In this document: positions 37,514 to 47,340 of the stretch, piece by piece
How positions within the stretch are numbered: position 1 is the first letter of the stretch
Layout: each line of letters opens with the position of its first letter
Assembly: GCA_964348725.1 (NCBI GenBank)
Contig: CAYGDG010000005.1
Location: 1 to 62,770, forward strand
DNA length: 62,770 nucleotides
Source of the DNA: an uncultured Candidatus Saccharibacteria bacterium
GTDB lineage: Bacteria; Patescibacteriota; Minisyncoccia; Phycocordibacterales; UBA9973
Direction of reading: 5' to 3'
Made by a program: the position numbers and the translations under genes
The notes under the pieces: generated by a model
Seen by the model: the letters and a program-made list of their open reading frames with translations, nothing else
The model's database searches: none
What the model was told of the DNA's origin: nothing

Positions 37514-40500
37514 TATTTTTCTATCTTTATTTCTTCGCCATCCGCGTAAGCGATCCCGGAGATTCCGGCGGATTTTTTGAAATCGTTTTCAAATTTTGAA
37601 ATGATGTCTTTCATTTTTGTCGGAATGGTAATTTTTACGACATCTCCCGGATTGAGCCCTTCTGTCTTTCGTAAATCCTGCACTGTGCGTACGAATTCAC
37701 GATATTCGCCTTCTTCTTTGAGTTCGGGGGTAAGGGTGGTATCGAGCAATACTTCAGCTTCTATGCCCGCATCTTCGGAGACAGTTTTCACATTCAGCTC
37801 GTCTTTCAATATTTCGGAATATTCGCCGGAAAGCTGCCAGCTCTTCACCTTCAATCCGGCGAGCGGCTGGCGCACGGGGATGCCCGCTTTCTGTCTTTCT
37901 TTCAATGCGGCGGAAACAGTCTCGCGCGTCATTCTCATATTCTCAAGAATGTCGGAATGTTCTTTTACCTCTATCTGCATCCAATCGGAAAGATGCACGC
38001 TCTGGGCATCGCCTTCGTGGCATAGACGCAGCCAGATATCTTCAGCGGAAAATGGGGCAAAGGGGGCGAGGAGTTTTGAAATATTTTTCAGCACGAAATA
38101 TAAAGTTTGTTTTGCATCGGCATCGCCGTCTTTGATTCTCTCGCGGCTGCGGCGCAAATACCAGGTGGAAAGATCGCCGATGAGGTCACGAATAGCGCGA
38201 GCGGGTTCAAGCGGCTTGTATTCATCTAAATTTTTTTCAGTGAAGGTGACGGTCTCTTCCAATCTCGCCAAGATCCACGCGTCCAGCACATTTTTTGATG
38301 CCGGTCGGTCATTATTTTCCAGATTCTTGTCGCGGTACAGCTCATAGAATGCGAGCACATTGTACAGCAAGCCGAATACTTGGCGATGCAGTTCAAGTAC
38401 AGTTTTTTCATCAAAATTTTTAGACTCACCCGGCTGGTTTACGGAATACATCCAAAGACGAATTGTGTCCGCGCCATATTTTTCAAACATCATCCAAGGG
38501 TCTACTACATTACCTTTTGATTTACTCATTTTTTGCCCTTTCTCATCTAAAATATGCCCGAGGCAAATGACATTTTTATATGCGAAATTCGCTTTGTCGG
38601 AAAGCAGATTCGCTACCGCGTGCAGAGTATAAAACCAGCCACGCGTCTGATCTATCGCCTCAGAAATATAATCTGCTTTAGCTGGAGAAAAATCCATTGT
38701 CTCGCCAAGCATATGATCTTGCGCATACGGCATAGCACCCGAATCAAACCACACATCCATCACCTCGCTCGTGCGCGTCATTTTTTCTCCATTATCTTCC
38801 AACTCCACCGTATCGATATATGGCTTGTGAAAATCCAATTCAAAATTTTTATTGTGCGGAAGTGGTGTAAAATCTAATTCTTTTATTTCTGCATTTTTGA
38901 AATAATGATAATCTTTTTTATCACGAATTAAATTCAAGGATTCTTCGGCTGTAAAACCCGCAGCTCCGGTAAACAAAAGCCATGCTGGTCCGCCATGAGT
39001 GACAAATAAAATATTTTTATCTTTATATTTTTCTTCTATTTCATACAAAAATGCTGTCATGCGATTTTTAACATCTTGATATGATTCATCTTTTTCTATA
39101 TGTTTATTAAAATTCTCTACCGTCTTTGTGTGGTACGCATGATACTCTTCCCAGCTTTTACCGTCAAAAGAATACGCGCCCATCTCTCGCAATCTTTCAT
39201 CTATGATTACACTGTCTTTGGCTAAACCGATTTTTTCTCGTACAATTTCAGCAGTCTCTTGGGTGCGAGTAAAATCAGAAACAAAAATCAAATCTATTTT
39301 TTTATCTTTCAAACTTTCAGCAGAATTTTCTACTTGTTTTTTTCCTTCTTCATCCAAATGCCATTTACCAGAAGGAAGCGAGCAAATAATATTTTTTACA
39401 TTGGCTTCTGTTTCTCCATGTCGCATCACAAAATACTTATTTCTAGACTTTTTGGTATATTTTTTCAAATCTGAAAGTGATGCAATTACTTTGTGTTCGC
39501 CATTTTCTTTTTGCCATACTGGAAGCGGAGTTCCCCAATATCTATCTCGGGAAATCGCCCAGTCTTTGATACCATCCAACCATTCTCCAAAACGACCATC
39601 TTTTATATGTTCTGGCTCCCAGTTTATTTCTTTATTTCCAGCGAGAAGTTGTTCACGAAGCGCGCTCATGCGGAAATACCATGATGTGCGAGCGTAATAA
39701 ATAAGCGGTGTATCACAACGCCAACAATGCGGATAGCTATGCAGATAATTTTCTTTCTTACACAGAAGCCCGCGTTTTGTAAGATCATCTACTATATCCA
39801 CTGCCAAAGTCGGCTTGCCATTTTCGTCCACTTCTTTCACATATCGCCCTTCCAAAAAGTCTGTGCCTGCAACAAATTTCCCCTCTTCGCTCACAGTATG
39901 AAATTTTGGTAAACCAATTTTTGTACCGAGCTCAAAGTCATCCGCACCGTACATCACCGCCGTGTGCACGATGCCCGTGCCGTCCGTCGTATTCACAAAA
40001 TCCGCCACATACACTTTATATGCTTTTTCGAGGTCGCCTGTATAATTTTCTTTCAAGAATGGGTACAGCGGTTCATATTGCATACCTACCATTTCCGAAC
40101 CTTTGTGTGTAGCGATGATCTCGTACTCTCCTTCGATGACCGAAAGCCGATCTTTCGCCAGCACTAATATTTCACTTCCCATTTTTATTTCCACATATTC
40201 TATATCCGCCCCTACCGCCAAAGCCACATTGCCCGGCAACGTCCACGGCGTGGTCGTCCACGCAAGGAAATAGGCGTCAGGAAAACCGACAATCTTAAAT
40301 TTCACATATACCGACAAATCTTTTACATCTTTGTATGCACCGGGCTGAGAAAGTTCGTGCGAGGACAATGCTGTGCCGCAACGCGTGCACCAAGGAAGCA
40401 CTTTGAAATCTTTATATAAATGCCCGCGTTCATTCGCTTTACCGATCACTCCCCAAAGTGCTTCGATATATTTATTTTCATAAGTGATATACGCATTATC

Positions 40501-40941
40501 CATATCCGTCCAATATCCCATCCTCTTGCGCATCTTCATCCACTCTTCTTTGTATTTCCAAACGCTCTCCTTGCATTTCTGATTAAAAAGCTCCACGCCG
40601 TATGTCTCAATATCTTTTTTTGATTTCAAGCCAAGTTCTTTTTCCACCTGAAGTTCCACCGGCAAACCGTGCGTATCCCAACCGGCTTTGCGGGGCACGT
40701 GAAAACCCTGCATTGTCTTATAGCGAGGAATCGCGTCTTTGAAAGATTGCGGCTCTACGTGATGCAAACCAGGCATACCGTTCGCCGTCGGCGGACCATC
40801 ATAAAAAATAAAATCTTTTTTACCTTTATTTTTAGCGAGGGATTTCTCAAAAATTTTATTCTCCTTCCAAAATTCCAGAACCCGCTCTTCGCGCAGAGCG
40901 CTTTCACTTTTTATTTCTTTTTTTTCTGTATTATCTTCCAT
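37513..40941 (-). CDS. ileS: Isoleucine-tRNA ligase (type 2) with inserted histidine-phosphatase domain
   Basis: DGPPTANGMPGLHH, GWDTHGLPVE, KMSKS; insert RHGE...DFTRTQET...THGG at ~38870-39445. Confidence 0.96.
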   Translation of the reverse strand: MEDNTEKKEIKSESALREERVLEFWKENKIFEKSLAKNKGKKDFIFYDGPPTANGMPGLHHVEPQSFKDAIPRYKTMQGFHVPRKAGWDTHGLPVELQVEKELGLKSKKDIETYGVELFNQKCKESVWKYKEEWMKMRKRMGYWTDMDNAYITYENKYIEALWGVIGKANERGHLYKDFKVLPWCTRCGTALSSHELSQPGAYKDVKDLSVYVKFKIVGFPDAYFLAWTTTPWTLPGNVALAVGADIEYVEIKMGSEILVLAKDRLSVIEGEYEIIATHKGSEMVGMQYEPLYPFLKENYTGDLEKAYKVYVADFVNTTDGTGIVHTAVMYGADDFELGTKIGLPKFHTVSEEGKFVAGTDFLEGRYVKEVDENGKPTLAVDIVDDLTKRGLLCKKENYLHSYPHCWRCDTPLIYYARTSWYFRMSALREQLLAGNKEINWEPEHIKDGRFGEWLDGIKDWAISRDRYWGTPLPVWQKENGEHKVIASLSDLKKYTKKSRNKYFVMRHGETEANVKNIICSLPSGKWHLDEEGKKQVENSAESLKDKKIDLIFVSDFTRTQETAEIVREKIGLAKDSVIIDERLREMGAYSFDGKSWEEYHAYHTKTVENFNKHIEKDESYQDVKNRMTAFLYEIEEKYKDKNILFVTHGGPAWLLFTGAAGFTAEESLNLIRDKKDYHYFKNAEIKELDFTPLPHNKNFELDFHKPYIDTVELEDNGEKMTRTSEVMDVWFDSGAMPYAQDHMLGETMDFSPAKADYISEAIDQTRGWFYTLHAVANLLSDKANFAYKNVICLGHILDEKGQKMSKSKGNVVDPWMMFEKYGADTIRLWMYSVNQPGESKNFDEKTVLELHRQVFGLLYNVLAFYELYRDKNLENNDRPASKNVLDAWILARLEETVTFTEKNLDEYKPLEPARAIRDLIGDLSTWYLRRSRERIKDGDADAKQTLYFVLKNISKLLAPFAPFSAEDIWLRLCHEGDAQSVHLSDWMQIEVKEHSDILENMRMTRETVSAALKERQKAGIPVRQPLAGLKVKSWQLSGEYSEILKDELNVKTVSEDAGIEAEVLLDTTLTPELKEEGEYREFVRTVQDLRKTEGLNPGDVVKITIPTKMKDIISKFENDFKKSAGISGIAYADGEEIKIEK

Positions 40942-40961
40942 AATTTTTATTATCTACTATA

Positions 40962-41140
40962 TAAAATAAAAAACCCGTCCCCGTAAAACAATTAAATAAT
41001 TGCTCTACAAGGACGAGTTTCCCCGTGGTACCACCTTGCTTTTTACCCGCCTGTGGCGGGACTTCTCATTTACTGGGCTCTACTTCCCTTTCGGGTTTCT
41101 TCCCAAAGCTCCGGGGTGATAGCCCCTTCATCGCTTATGT
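40962..41140 (-). promoter_or_regulatory. T-box riboswitch (Ile, AUC specifier) with intrinsic terminator
   Basis: GGGGCT-ATC-ACCCCG stem I; GGAAGAA/AGTAGAGCCCAGTA stem II/IIA; T-box AAGGTGGTACCACGG (41021-41037); 21-bp terminator stem plus U tract. Confidence 0.88.
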
Positions 41141-41219
41141 TCATATTACTAAAATCTTCAAAATTAGGCAAATGAAATCCCCGGACCGAAATCCGGGGAT
41201 TTTTTCTCTAATTAAGTAA

Positions 41220-41936
41220 TTACAAAGCCTGAACAGTACTCCATTCAATGCGGCCTGCAGAAACTTCCTGAACAGCTTCTCCTCGGCGAAAGATTCTTGC
41301 ACCACCTTTACCTATTAAGGTAACTTGGGACGATTCTTTCCTGACCAAAAGACTTGTCCCTTCCCGCAAAGCAATTATCGGGGTCCAGTTCTCCTGATGA
41401 AATTCATTGAGGCGTTGCTCCCGTGTCTCTCCTTTGTGGGTTGATTTAGGGTCCGGGTCCTGGTAATGCGGATTAATTTGAAATGGGACTAGGGACAGCG
41501 CGCGAAAACCCTGAGGGGGTACCATGATAGGCATATCGTTTGTAGTCATGATAGTCGGACCCGCAATATTGGTACCCGCGCTTGAGCCGATGTATTTCGT
41601 TCCACTGGCCACTAATTCCTGAATCATTCCAAAATAGTCTCCTTGTTGTAAGTTTGTCAGAAGCCGGAAAGTATTGCCGCCTCCGACAAATATTGCCTTT
41701 TCACCATAAGGAATCCTGTCTGCTCTATGCAATCCAATTACCTGGATGTTAAGTGAGGCAAAAAAGGTTTGGACTTGCTCAGTGTAAGAATCCCATTCGC
41801 TTTTCTCTTTTGCAAATGGGACAAAGGTTATTTTTTCAATGCCATCAAGAAAGGACTTAAGTGTTCCTTTCATGTGTTCAAGATACCCGCTTCCGTGCAC
41901 GAAGGAGCTGGAGATAAGGAGGATGTTTTCTTTCAT
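41220..41936 (-). CDS. pepE: Dipeptidase E (peptidase S51)
   Basis: VGGGNTFRLL, IGSSAG, PFQINPHY, GETREQRL.EF. Confidence 0.95.
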   Translation of the reverse strand: MKENILLISSSFVHGSGYLEHMKGTLKSFLDGIEKITFVPFAKEKSEWDSYTEQVQTFFASLNIQVIGLHRADRIPYGEKAIFVGGGNTFRLLTNLQQGDYFGMIQELVASGTKYIGSSAGTNIAGPTIMTTNDMPIMVPPQGFRALSLVPFQINPHYQDPDPKSTHKGETREQRLNEFHQENWTPIIALREGTSLLVRKESSQVTLIGKGGARIFRRGEAVQEVSAGRIEWSTVQAL

Positions 41937-42014
41937 CTTTGTTAGTTTAAGTATTGTTTTGAAAAAGATTTTTACAGCAAAACAATACCACGAAGAGGGA
42001 GAATCTGCAACAGG

Positions 42015-43745
42015 CTACATTCTCTCCGGCATTTTGATGCCGAGGAGGTGAAGACCGGACTGCATCCTGCGAAGAAATGCTTCGGTGAGCGCGAGGTAAT
42101 ACGCAGAAGATTTTTCTTCGCTGATTATTTGGGTGTTACCGTAAAAGGAATTGAATTCGGACGCGAGGGCGGTGAGGTATGTGGTGATATGATGCGGCTC
42201 AAGTTCTTCGTATGCGTGAAGGACGACTTCCGGGAAGCGGTACAGGATTTTTTCTAAATTAGAAACAGTTTCCGGCACTTCGGAAATTTCTTTTTTCGCT
42301 CCGGCTTTGGCGAGCACAGATTTCGCGCGGGTGGCGGAGTATTGGAGATACGGACCGGAATCCCCTTCAAAGGAAATAGACTTCTCAAAATCAAATACAA
42401 TATCCGAACCCATCGCCGATCGGAGGATGGAATATTTGAGGGCGGCTACACCGACAGCTTCAGACACTTCTTTCTTTTGTGCGTCAGAAAAATCTCTGTC
42501 TTTTATTTTCTCCTGGATCATCTCCATAGAATCGCGGAGGAGTGACTCTCCGGTGACGACATTCCCCTTTCGGGAAGACATCTTACCAGAGGCGAGGCGC
42601 ATCATACCGTGCGTGATATGCTTCATCCGGCTTTCGTATTCGGGGTGGATGAGCGAAAGCGCCTTGGCGACCACTTTCATATATTCCGCCTGCTCCACGG
42701 CGGTAGTGACGATGGAGATATCTGGATTTTCTTTTTCAAATTTCGTGACGGTAAGCCCGATTTCTTTCGTCTCATATGTCGGCAAGCCCTGGGAATTGAT
42801 GAATACGCGGGTGTGCAATTTTGGATCATACTTCTCTCCTCTAAAAATTATCGCGGCGCCTGCCCCGTAGGAAGTACTCTTTCCTTCGGGGTCTGATTCT
42901 TCAAATACTTTACCTAAATTCTCGCGTACTATCTTTTCGCCGATAGGTGCCATCACACTTTCAAAGAAATAGTGATCAAATTTTGTGCCGAGGAGCGCAT
43001 AGATTTCTTCAAAGGCTTCCAGCGTCGCCTTTTTGCCCCAGTCATAAATCTGATTCACCATCGCATCACTCCGGTCATATATTTTTTTATTGAAAGCTTC
43101 TATTTCCTTTTTTGCTTCCGGGTCATTATCATATGCGTCCGAGCCTTTCGCATAGCACTCACCAATATATTGCGCAATGACGGATGCAGATGCGCTTTCG
43201 TCTGCCGGAGCGCCGGCTTTGTACATACCGTACATCGCCTTTGCCACGTGCGGGCCGACATCGCCCTGATAATTCGCGCGCACGGTTTTTGCCCCAGAGA
43301 ATTCCACGATCCTGGAAATGGATTCGCCGATGGCATTGCTCATCAGGTGGCCGATGTGGAATGGCTTGAAAGGGTTCGGCTGGGTGTATTCCACCATCAC
43401 CTTTTTTCCGGCAAGCATTTCATTCTTGCCCCAGTTGTCGCCTTTATTTAAAATGTCTTTAACAGATTCTGCGAAAAATTCTCGTGTTAAGTAGAAATTT
43501 ATAAAGCCTGCCCCGGCGACTTCTATTTTCATTATTTCCTGTGCAGAATTTTTTTGTAATTCATTCACCATCTTCTCCGCCAGTTCTTTCGGATTCATTT
43601 TCTCGCGCTTGGCGAGCACCATAGCCACATTCGTGGAATAGTCCCCATTCTTCAAATCCTCCGGATGCTCCACAGTAAAATTCGCCTCGGCGATACCGAG
43701 ATTTTTGAGTGCTTCGTTAATTAAAATTTTTATTTTTTGTTCCAT
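42015..43745 (-). CDS. argS: Arginine-tRNA ligase
   Basis: VEYTQPNPFKPFHIGHL, KMSSRKG, FEGDSGPYLQY; start refined to MEQKIK. Confidence 0.97.
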   Translation of the reverse strand: MEQKIKILINEALKNLGIAEANFTVEHPEDLKNGDYSTNVAMVLAKREKMNPKELAEKMVNELQKNSAQEIMKIEVAGAGFINFYLTREFFAESVKDILNKGDNWGKNEMLAGKKVMVEYTQPNPFKPFHIGHLMSNAIGESISRIVEFSGAKTVRANYQGDVGPHVAKAMYGMYKAGAPADESASASVIAQYIGECYAKGSDAYDNDPEAKKEIEAFNKKIYDRSDAMVNQIYDWGKKATLEAFEEIYALLGTKFDHYFFESVMAPIGEKIVRENLGKVFEESDPEGKSTSYGAGAAIIFRGEKYDPKLHTRVFINSQGLPTYETKEIGLTVTKFEKENPDISIVTTAVEQAEYMKVVAKALSLIHPEYESRMKHITHGMMRLASGKMSSRKGNVVTGESLLRDSMEMIQEKIKDRDFSDAQKKEVSEAVGVAALKYSILRSAMGSDIVFDFEKSISFEGDSGPYLQYSATRAKSVLAKAGAKKEISEVPETVSNLEKILYRFPEVVLHAYEELEPHHITTYLTALASEFNSFYGNTQIISEEKSSAYYLALTEAFLRRMQSGLHLLGIKMPERM

Positions 43746-43746
43746 A

Positions 43747-44172
43747 TTACTTATGCCCCGTGCTTCCTTCTCTGCCTGCACCGCGAACCGTATCAGAAAG
43801 CTCGTCTGCTTCTACAATATCACAATGCTCAAACTTTTGTATGAGCATCTGCGCGACCTTGTGCCCTTTTTCTATCACAAAATCTTTATCCGACAAATTT
43901 TTTAAAGTTATGACTATTTCACCCCGATAGCACGCATCATATACTCCGCCCATTACTTTCAAGCCATTTTTGCAAGCAATACTGCTCTTGTCCCACAAAA
44001 GTCCGGCATATCCTTCCGGAATTTCTATCGCCACACCAGTACATACTTGGGCCTGCATACCTACCGTAAAATGTACGGTCTCATTCGCATAAAAATCCAT
44101 CCCCGCATCGCCCGGATGCCCGTGCGTCGGCAGCTTTGCGTCTTCGTGCAGTTTTTTAACTTTGAGTTTCAT
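43747..44172 (-). CDS. dut: dUTP diphosphatase
   Basis: GDAGMDF, GGVYDACYRGE, AQMLIQ, RG.G..GSTG; start refined to MKLKVKK overlapping the tmk stop. Confidence 0.93.
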   Translation of the reverse strand: MKLKVKKLHEDAKLPTHGHPGDAGMDFYANETVHFTVGMQAQVCTGVAIEIPEGYAGLLWDKSSIACKNGLKVMGGVYDACYRGEIVITLKNLSDKDFVIEKGHKVAQMLIQKFEHCDIVEADELSDTVRGAGREGSTGHK

Positions 44173-44861
44173 TATTTTAAAATCTTTTTTACTTGTGTAT
44201 ACACTTCTGTATGAATATCTTCGCGCGTGCGCAGAGCATTCTTCTCTACGCATTCTATCTTCACCCAGTTCTTCTGCGTCTTCGCGAGCCAGAGGGCGGA
44301 CTTGCGCGCATTTTCCAGATGCGACTTATCTTTTTCGTGCACATCTTTTTTCTTGCCGAGGTAGCCGCGTGCCTGGTTCTTGTTCCGTTCATTGATGAGC
44401 TTCAGCACCATCGACGTCGGCACAGAGAGGAAAAATACTGCATCCGGCTTCGGGATCTTGAACACTTCATATTCCATTTCGGCGAGCCATTTCATAAATT
44501 CCTCGCGCTTCTTTGTATTCGCTATCTTGCCGCCCTGATGAATCTGATTCGCGCTGGCGTAGCGGTTCGCGATGACTATCGTGCCGGCATTCAGCCATCC
44601 TTGCATCTTTTTGCTTGATTCAAATCTATCTGCCGCGTACAAAACTGAAGCAATCTTCGGATGCACTTTCACGAAATTATAATATTGCTCCGAAAGGCAA
44701 TGCCCGATAAATTTACCGAAGAAGTTTTCATAATATTCGGGAAAGTCCACGACTTTCACTTTCTTGCCGTCTTTCTTCAATCTCTTTATCAGCAAATCCA
44801 CCTGGGTAGCCTTTCCGCTGCCATCCGTGCCGTCTATTACGATGAGTTTGCCTTTTTTCAT
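44172..44861 (-). CDS. tmk: Thymidylate kinase
   Basis: IDGTDGSGKATQ, YAADR, ANRY..AN..HQG, DVHE. Confidence 0.9.
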   Translation of the reverse strand: MKKGKLIVIDGTDGSGKATQVDLLIKRLKKDGKKVKVVDFPEYYENFFGKFIGHCLSEQYYNFVKVHPKIASVLYAADRFESSKKMQGWLNAGTIVIANRYASANQIHQGGKIANTKKREEFMKWLAEMEYEVFKIPKPDAVFFLSVPTSMVLKLINERNKNQARGYLGKKKDVHEKDKSHLENARKSALWLAKTQKNWVKIECVEKNALRTREDIHTEVYTQVKKILK

Positions 44862-44862
44862 A

Positions 44863-45402
44863 TTATATAAATTTATTTAGATATTCAGTAAGTATTTTTT
44901 CATAATTATCTTCCGGACGTATAGTAATATCTGCATACTTTTTGACTTCTTCTATTTCTTTTTCTGTCCCGTGGTGGTTTACTTTGAGAAATTCTTCAAA
45001 ACTTTTTACTTCATCGCCTTCCTTGTGCCTCTGATAATACCTATCATAAAGTATCTTATCTTCAACGTCCATATAAATCAAAATACTTTTTTCACTTATC
45101 TCTTTTATAAAATCGATTCCCGCAAGGTGACGAATGCTGTCAAAAATAATATAATCCTGTTCCCCTTGAGAGAAGGCAATATTCTGAAAAAATAATTGTG
45201 GATCTTTGTCGACAAATTTCTGCCCTAAGTCCTGCAAGCTGATCCTGTCTGCAGGTAAGTTATTTGATGCGCAATATTTCCGCAGGAAATCCCCCGATGA
45301 AACATAGGGAATTTTATACTTATCAGCGATAAAATGCGCAATTGTTGATTTTCCTGAACTTATTTTACCTGAAACTCCTATAAAAAGCTTGATTTTCTTC
45401 AT
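44863..45402 (-). CDS. P-loop nucleoside/nucleotide kinase-like protein
   Basis: GKISSGKSTIA, SSGDFLR, DSIRH; start 2 nt after the ASCH stop. Confidence 0.8.
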   Translation of the reverse strand: MKKIKLFIGVSGKISSGKSTIAHFIADKYKIPYVSSGDFLRKYCASNNLPADRISLQDLGQKFVDKDPQLFFQNIAFSQGEQDYIIFDSIRHLAGIDFIKEISEKSILIYMDVEDKILYDRYYQRHKEGDEVKSFEEFLKVNHHGTEKEIEEVKKYADITIRPEDNYEKILTEYLNKFI

Positions 45403-45404
45403 AA

Positions 45405-45812
45405 TTATTTTAATACTCTCCACCCACTACGGCCAGGAGCAGATCTGACAATAGGATTTTTATGGCTAATTTCCCCTATCCATATAAATGTAGCATATTT
45501 TGCAGAAACTCTTTTCTTCCAAAAATCGGGGTTGACATCCGCGCAAATAAGGCGGGAATATTTCTTTTTCAATTCTTCTAAAATTATCTTATTTTTTATT
45601 TCAACAAATCGGACTTTTTGTACGATAAATGATCCTATGATTTTCCCTCCGGAGCGCTTTATGAGAACTAAATCATTCTTTACCACTTTGCCATATGGAG
45701 CGATCCTATTTTTTGAAAATCTGGAATCTACTTTCTTTTTTCCATTCAAGACAAGGGTTAGGAAAGGTTCAGAAAAAATTGCAAGGTGAACTTTTGATGT
45801 TGGAATGCTCAT
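45405..45812 (-). CDS. ASCH domain protein
   Basis: HLAIF.EPFL.LVLNGKKKVDSRF....PYGKV...D.VLIK. Confidence 0.8.
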   Translation of the reverse strand: MSIPTSKVHLAIFSEPFLTLVLNGKKKVDSRFSKNRIAPYGKVVKNDLVLIKRSGGKIIGSFIVQKVRFVEIKNKIILEELKKKYSRLICADVNPDFWKKRVSAKYATFIWIGEISHKNPIVRSAPGRSGWRVLK

Positions 45813-45829
45813 TGATTGTTGATTAGATA

Positions 45830-46249
45830 TTATTTTTCGATCTTCAAAAGTTCCTCAAAAATTGCTGGCAATTCTTCTGCTATTTTATAATTTATGACTT
45901 TAAGATTTTTGTTTCCCGCTATCATTGCCGAGTTTCTATGAGATGCTCCTTCCCGATACAAACAAAATATTTTTTTACCTATCGCCTCAGCATAGCCTAT
46001 TTCATAACCAACACCGATACTCGGTGTGCTTACTTCCGCCACAATATAATCGGCACTCTTAAGCCAATCCATGTCTCGTTCGAAAATATATTCTTCAGTC
46101 GGGCCATCATCACCCAGAGCGCTTAATGTTTTATCTCCAATGTGCTCGGTAAGAACCTGCCCATGTTTACCTAGCATTTGTATAATTTCAAAATACAATT
46201 CTTTGTCATCTCTTCCTCCCCGTATTGATCCCGCAAAGTAGATTTTCAT
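45830..46249 (-). CDS. Nucleoside 2-deoxyribosyltransferase / DNPH1(Rcl)-like N-glycosidase
   Basis: KIYFAGSIRGGR, IFERD..WL, AEVSTPSIGVGYEIG, SAMIAG. Confidence 0.9.
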   Translation of the reverse strand: MKIYFAGSIRGGRDDKELYFEIIQMLGKHGQVLTEHIGDKTLSALGDDGPTEEYIFERDMDWLKSADYIVAEVSTPSIGVGYEIGYAEAIGKKIFCLYREGASHRNSAMIAGNKNLKVINYKIAEELPAIFEELLKIEK

Positions 46250-46251
46250 AG

Positions 46252-46842
46252 TTATTTCATTTTTAACTCCTTCTTGTTTTCACCACCAAAAATCTGCTTA
46301 TAAATTTCCGGTCTCATTTTTTCCAAATATGCGACCGGCTTAAGAGGCAATTTCACTTCTTGCATACCGAATGTATTGATGAAATCTAAAATCTTTTTAT
46401 TTGCTTCCGGAATTTGGTCCCTTTCAGAAACTTGTAACTCAATATCGAGTTTTTTCATGCCGAAATCAGTTTCATCGAAATCGAGGATGAACCCCTCTTT
46501 ATGATATTTTTTCCGATCAGTTAAGATCTTGCCCAGAATTTGAAGTTCTTGAGAAGAAAAATCTTGAAAATTTTGGTAAGTTTCATATCCCAAGGATTTT
46601 AATATCTGATTTTCATCGACAATTTCTTCAGCAGCTTCATCGTCCCCCGAGGAAGGCAGGTATATTTTTAATTCCCAGCTATTATCGCGATTTCGCAAGT
46701 ACATACCTTTCTTAGCGAACTCAAAAGAAGGGGTATCGTAATAAACATCCACAACTTCTTTATGAGAAATTAAAGTTGCGCCTTCAAGAAGTTTTTTATT
46801 CTGTTCTTCTGTCGGCTGAAATTTTTTTTCTACTTCAATCAT
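46252..46842 (-). CDS. CYTH domain protein
   Basis: IEVEKKF (EXEXK), D.YYD, YLR.R, ELK. Confidence 0.88.
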   Translation of the reverse strand: MIEVEKKFQPTEEQNKKLLEGATLISHKEVVDVYYDTPSFEFAKKGMYLRNRDNSWELKIYLPSSGDDEAAEEIVDENQILKSLGYETYQNFQDFSSQELQILGKILTDRKKYHKEGFILDFDETDFGMKKLDIELQVSERDQIPEANKKILDFINTFGMQEVKLPLKPVAYLEKMRPEIYKQIFGGENKKELKMK

Positions 46843-46851
46843 AAATTTATT

Positions 46852-47340
46852 TTAGGAAGATAATTCCTTAAGGGCATTTTTTGCATAAAAAAGTATAGAC
46901 TCCGAAATACCATAATCATTCTTATCAAGTTCCTCATTGGTAAACCATTTCCATTCATTTGAAATATCCGATGCATCTTCCGGCATGACGGCATCGCTAT
47001 CCGAAGTGGCAAAATATATCAAGCTTATATGCTTATGCGTATCGTTTATCCTATGAATATTGCTGTACCACGGCGGAACAAGCTCAGTATATTCATTTTC
47101 CGGATTATTAGATGTTGGCATTTTTCGCGATGGAATGAGCACTACCTCCAATCCGACTTCTTCTTTCACTTCCCTCAATGCTGCTTGATCCGGGGTTTCA
47201 TCAAGTTCAATATGCCCGCCAACAGCGAGCCATTTATGATACTTTTCATGCTTACGAATAAGCACTTTGTTTTTGTGGACAATAAATACATCTACTGTGA
47301 AATCAATTTTTTCGTGTATGTGGGGCATTTCTTTATACAA
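46852..47340 (-). CDS. NUDIX hydrolase
   Basis: GGHIELDETPDQAALREVKEEVG Nudix box. Confidence 0.93.
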   Translation of the reverse strand: MYKEMPHIHEKIDFTVDVFIVHKNKVLIRKHEKYHKWLAVGGHIELDETPDQAALREVKEEVGLEVVLIPSRKMPTSNNPENEYTELVPPWYSNIHRINDTHKHISLIYFATSDSDAVMPEDASDISNEWKWFTNEELDKNDYGISESILFYAKNALKELSS

